DNA from: Coleofasciculus chthonoplastes F2-STO-03
GTDB taxonomy: Bacteria; Cyanobacteriota; Cyanobacteriia; Cyanobacteriales; Coleofasciculaceae
Direction: 5' to 3'
DNA length: 32,628 nt
NCBI GenBank assembly: GCA_040222015.1
Contig: JAVJWO010000131.1
Coordinates: 1-32,628 of the forward strand
Of the stretch, positions 29,041-32,628 are shown piece after piece (position 1 is the stretch's first letter; each line of letters starts with the position of its first letter). The notes under the pieces were generated by a model. It was given only the letters and a program-made list of their open reading frames with translations. It ran no database searches and was not told where the DNA came from. Both the position numbers and the translations under genes were made by a program.

Positions 29041-30343
29041 GTGGCACTATTGATTTTTCTGTTCACGCTTATCCTGATTATCTGGCAACTGCGAGGATTG
29101 GGCATCGGATTGGGTGCATTAGACAGGGGGGATGTTTACTCTGGTTAGCGGTGTGTCCTTAATGGACGAACTTAGAGTTAGTGCAACCGTTGGCAACACT
29201 GTACTCACATTGATTGCCCTACTCATTCTGTGCCGGATTCTGGATGAAGCCGGGTTTTGGCGAGGGTTAGCGCTACAATTAACGGTTTTGGGGATAGGTC
29301 AAGGGCGTCTGCTTTTCCTTTTGTTCGGGTTTCTGGGAGCATTGGGAACGATTGTTTTGACCAATGTGGGTATGGCATTAATCTGGATTTCTCCGGTGAT
29401 GGAGATCCTTTGTTTACTACGCCTCAGGGCTAAAACCGTTTTCGCTGTTGTATTTACGGTTAGTTTTATCACTGAAGCAGCTAGCTTATTGTTCCCTGTG
29501 AGCAATCCGGTCAATCTGCTTGCGGTAAACTATAGCGGCGCATCCGGTTTTCGCTATTTTCTGGTGATGATGCCGGTGACACTCGTCGCGATCGCAACCA
29601 GTTTAGCGAGCTTCTGGTTCTACTTCCATCGGGACATTCCAGTCACATACAAACTTACTCACCTGCCGCCACCACGCCAAGCCATTCGTGATCCCTTGGT
29701 TTGTCGATGGGGTATGGTTATTTTAGCCAGTCTACCTCTGGCATACTGGATTGCCCAAGACCATTCTCTGCCGACTTGGATCGTGCCTGCGATCGCGGCG
29801 TTGATTCTGCTAGGATTGGCGAGACGGGGGTTTCTCCCAAATACCACACCGATTATTTCTGTGGGCAAAGTTTGGCAGGAAATTCCCTGGCAATTGATGG
29901 GGTTAAGTGTCCTGATGTATGGTGTCGTCCTGGGTTTAGGTCAAGTTGGCATGAGTCATGTCATTACCAATCAGCTAGACGCCCTCTCTAGTTGGGGGTT
30001 CACCCTGACAGCAATAGGCACAGGTTTTCTGGCTACTGGGCTGTCAAACCTATTTCACAATTTACCCACTGTGTTGCTGAATGCTATAGCAATTTCAGAC
30101 ACAACCAGTGATCCAGCGATTCGGGAAATGATGGAGTACGCTAATGTGATTGGATGTACCCTGGGAGCAAAAATTACTCCTCTGGGTAGTTTATCAACGT
30201 TAATTTGGTTCAAGGTTTTAGCACGTAAAGGTTTGCGCCTGCATTGGTTTTACTATATTCGTCTTAGCTTGATTCTGACTTTACCGATTCTATTTCTCAG
30301 CTTGCTGAGTTTAGCCCTCTGGTTTCCCTGGCTAATTGTCTAA
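29041..30343 (+). pseudogene. arsB: ArsB-family arsenite/ion permease, frameshifted near the 5' end (or a sequencing error)
   Basis: Frame from GTG 29041 gives VALLIFLFTLILIIWQLRGLGIG (ArsB N-terminus) and stops early. The rest (ILDEAGFW, ANVIGC.LG.KITP.GSL.TL.W) is in the +1 frame from 29132. Confidence 0.75.
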
Positions 30344-30627
30344 GTTTTGATTTGTCCTTTGTCTTTTATATTTAGAGAATATATAGTAGAGAATAAACTA
30401 GCAATAACGATCGAAAAGCTTTATCATACCCTAGGGTGTATCTGCTTGCCTGACCACAACAGCGTTTGACAAAAAATAGATAGACTTCAGAGGTCTAGCT
30501 GTTATTCGGCTTTTCTAGATAATATAGTGACTCAGCCAAGTCGGTTTAGGTATTTGAAAGACCTGTAGTATCATTTTGAGTTTTTCTCACTCGCACAATT
30601 GAGTCTTATCAATCAGGTAAGTAATCG

Positions 30628-32496
30628 ATGATCATCCAAACAGCAGAACCCCCTATCCCTAAGTCTCAGGGAGATACAACACAAAATAACCATGCGTTTT
30701 GTAGCAATCAAGACAAATTTTTAACCCTGACCCTCGATCTGTTTTTCATTGCCAGTCCTGATGGCTATTGGCAGCAAGTCAACCCCATCTGTGAGCGAAT
30801 CCTGGGATATAATAGCCAAGAATTTAAAGCCCGCCCCTGGATTGAATGGGTGCATCCAGAGGATCAGCAGATGACCTTGGCGCAACTGCAAAAGCTCAGG
30901 GACTGTGAGGAAATTGTCTCCTTTGAAAATCGCTACCGCTGCAAAGATGGCTCCTATAAATGGCTCTCATGGAACATCACTCTATGCCCCAATCAGCACT
31001 TAGTTTATGCGGTTGCTCGCGATAATACCCAGCGCAAGGAAGCCGAAGCCGCACACCGGGAAAGCGAAGAGCAGTTTCGCTTATTAGTCGATGGCGTCAA
31101 AGACTATGCCATTATCATGCTCGATCCAGAGGGTAAAATCGTAAGCTGGAATCCGGGTGCCGAACGAATTAAACAATATCGCGCCGCAGAAATTCTGGGT
31201 CAACATGTCCGTTGTTTTTATACCCCTGAAGATATCGCCCAGGGACAACCGGACAAGTCCTTAAAAATAGCTGCACAGCAAGGTCGTGTTGAAGAAGAAG
31301 GGTGGCGAGTGCGTAAGGATGGCTCAACATTCTTTGCGAATGTTGTGATTACTGCCTTACGGGGAGAAGACCGACAATTACGGGGTTTTGCTAGGGTAAC
31401 ACGAGATATTACCGAACGCCAATTCGCTCAGGAAACCCTAGAACGAACGAATGATGAGTTAGAAAAACGAGTCGCTAAACGAACGGCTGAACTGTTGCAA
31501 ATCAATGAGCGGCTGAAACAAGAGATTGCTCTGCACCAGCAAACAGAAGTGGCGTTGGCAGCGGAAACTCACTACGTCACTGATTTATTACAGAAGCTGC
31601 AACAAGCTCAAACCAAACTGATTCACACAGAAAAAATGTCAAGTTTGGGGCAAGTGGTTGCCGGGGTTGCCCATGAAATCAATAATCCTGTCAGTTTTAT
31701 TTACGGCAATATCGATTACGCCATCTGTTATCTGCGCGATTTAATGCAGTTAGTCGAACTCTATGGCATTCATTATCCCCAACCTGTAGCCGATATTCAG
31801 ACACGAATCACAGAAATTGATCTAGATTTCTTGATGGCAGATATGCCAAAACTACTGAATTCCATGAAAGTCGGAGCTAACCGGATTCGGCAGGTGGTTT
31901 TGTCCCTACAAAAATTTCTCAAGGTTGACCAAACTGAAATGAAGTCCGCCGATATTCATGAAGGACTTGAAAGTACTCTTTTGATTTTGCAACATCGCCT
32001 GAAACCTAGCGTTGAGCATCCCGAAATTACTGTGATTCAAGACTATGGCAAATTACCCCCAGTCGATTGTTATGCAGGGCAAATCAATCAAGTGTTCATG
32101 AATTTACTCACTAATGCTGTAGATGTATTGGAAGCTTCAGGTGGAAAGACTCCTCATCAAATTAAACTTAGCACTGAGGTTCAGGATATTAGTGTTGAGA
32201 AACCTGGAGCAAGTTATTGTCAAAAAATACCTCATGCTGTGATTCGGATTGCCGATAATGGTCCAGGGATAAGTCCAGACGTCTGCCAAAAACTTTTTGA
32301 TCCATTTTATACCACCAAGCCCCTGGGTAAAGGAACTGGATTGGGTCTATCGATTAGCTATCAAATTATTGTAGAAAACCATGGGGGTCAGTTAACTTGT
32401 CGGTCTCAACCCGGTGTCGGATCAGAGTTCATTATCGCTATTCCGATTAATCAAATAATCACCAGACATCCTGAACTGTCACTTACGCCAAGTTAA
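30628..32496 (+). CDS. Cytoplasmic PAS-PAS sensor histidine kinase
   Basis: Two PAS/PAC domains, H-box AGVAHEINNP, N-box QVFMNLLTNAVD, G1 DNGPGI, F-box LFDPFYTTK and G2 GTGLGL. Confidence 0.95.
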   Translation: MIIQTAEPPIPKSQGDTTQNNHAFCSNQDKFLTLTLDLFFIASPDGYWQQVNPICERILGYNSQEFKARPWIEWVHPEDQQMTLAQLQKLRDCEEIVSFENRYRCKDGSYKWLSWNITLCPNQHLVYAVARDNTQRKEAEAAHRESEEQFRLLVDGVKDYAIIMLDPEGKIVSWNPGAERIKQYRAAEILGQHVRCFYTPEDIAQGQPDKSLKIAAQQGRVEEEGWRVRKDGSTFFANVVITALRGEDRQLRGFARVTRDITERQFAQETLERTNDELEKRVAKRTAELLQINERLKQEIALHQQTEVALAAETHYVTDLLQKLQQAQTKLIHTEKMSSLGQVVAGVAHEINNPVSFIYGNIDYAICYLRDLMQLVELYGIHYPQPVADIQTRITEIDLDFLMADMPKLLNSMKVGANRIRQVVLSLQKFLKVDQTEMKSADIHEGLESTLLILQHRLKPSVEHPEITVIQDYGKLPPVDCYAGQINQVFMNLLTNAVDVLEASGGKTPHQIKLSTEVQDISVEKPGASYCQKIPHAVIRIADNGPGISPDVCQKLFDPFYTTKPLGKGTGLGLSISYQIIVENHGGQLTCRSQPGVGSEFIIAIPINQIITRHPELSLTPS

Positions 32497-32498
32497 GA

Positions 32499-32628
32499 AT
32501 TTGTCATTTGTCATTTGTCATTTGTCATTTGTCATTTGTCATTTGTCATTTGTCATTTGTCATTTGTCATTTGTCATTTGTCATTTGTCATTTGTCATTT
32601 GTCATTTGTCATTTGTCATTTGTCATTT
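32499..32628. repeat. Long perfect STRR array (ATTTGTC)n, at least 18 copies, running off the window
   Basis: Directly visible. Confidence 0.97.

Overview
Chromosomal region of a cyanobacterium, probably filamentous. The evidence is the chlL/chlN/chlP genes, frequent HIP1 GCGATCGC octamers, heptamer STRR arrays and many GTAG-type REP-like palindromes. Core genes are chlL-chlN, chlP, a thioredoxin-like 2Fe-2S ferredoxin, ygfZ, oligopeptidase A, an HHL1-like gene, a GNAT, an ArsB-family permease with a frameshifted 5' end and a PAS histidine kinase. Accessory DNA is interleaved with them. (i) A three-gene DUF262 / ABC-ATPase(DUF3696) / RelE-like operon matches the Menshen anti-phage architecture and is surrounded by antitoxin-like genes whose toxins are reduced to stubs or missing. 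(ii) An Rpn nuclease lies convergent with a 1203-aa helical protein that may be an uncharacterised single-gene defence factor. (iii) There are three IS200/IS605 TnpB loci; one is complete and inserted precisely inside a REP doublet, so its ends, TAM and guide can be read from the sequence. (iv) Several short MITE-like elements each carry a REP-like hairpin. All family assignments come from motif recognition by eye; no searches were run.
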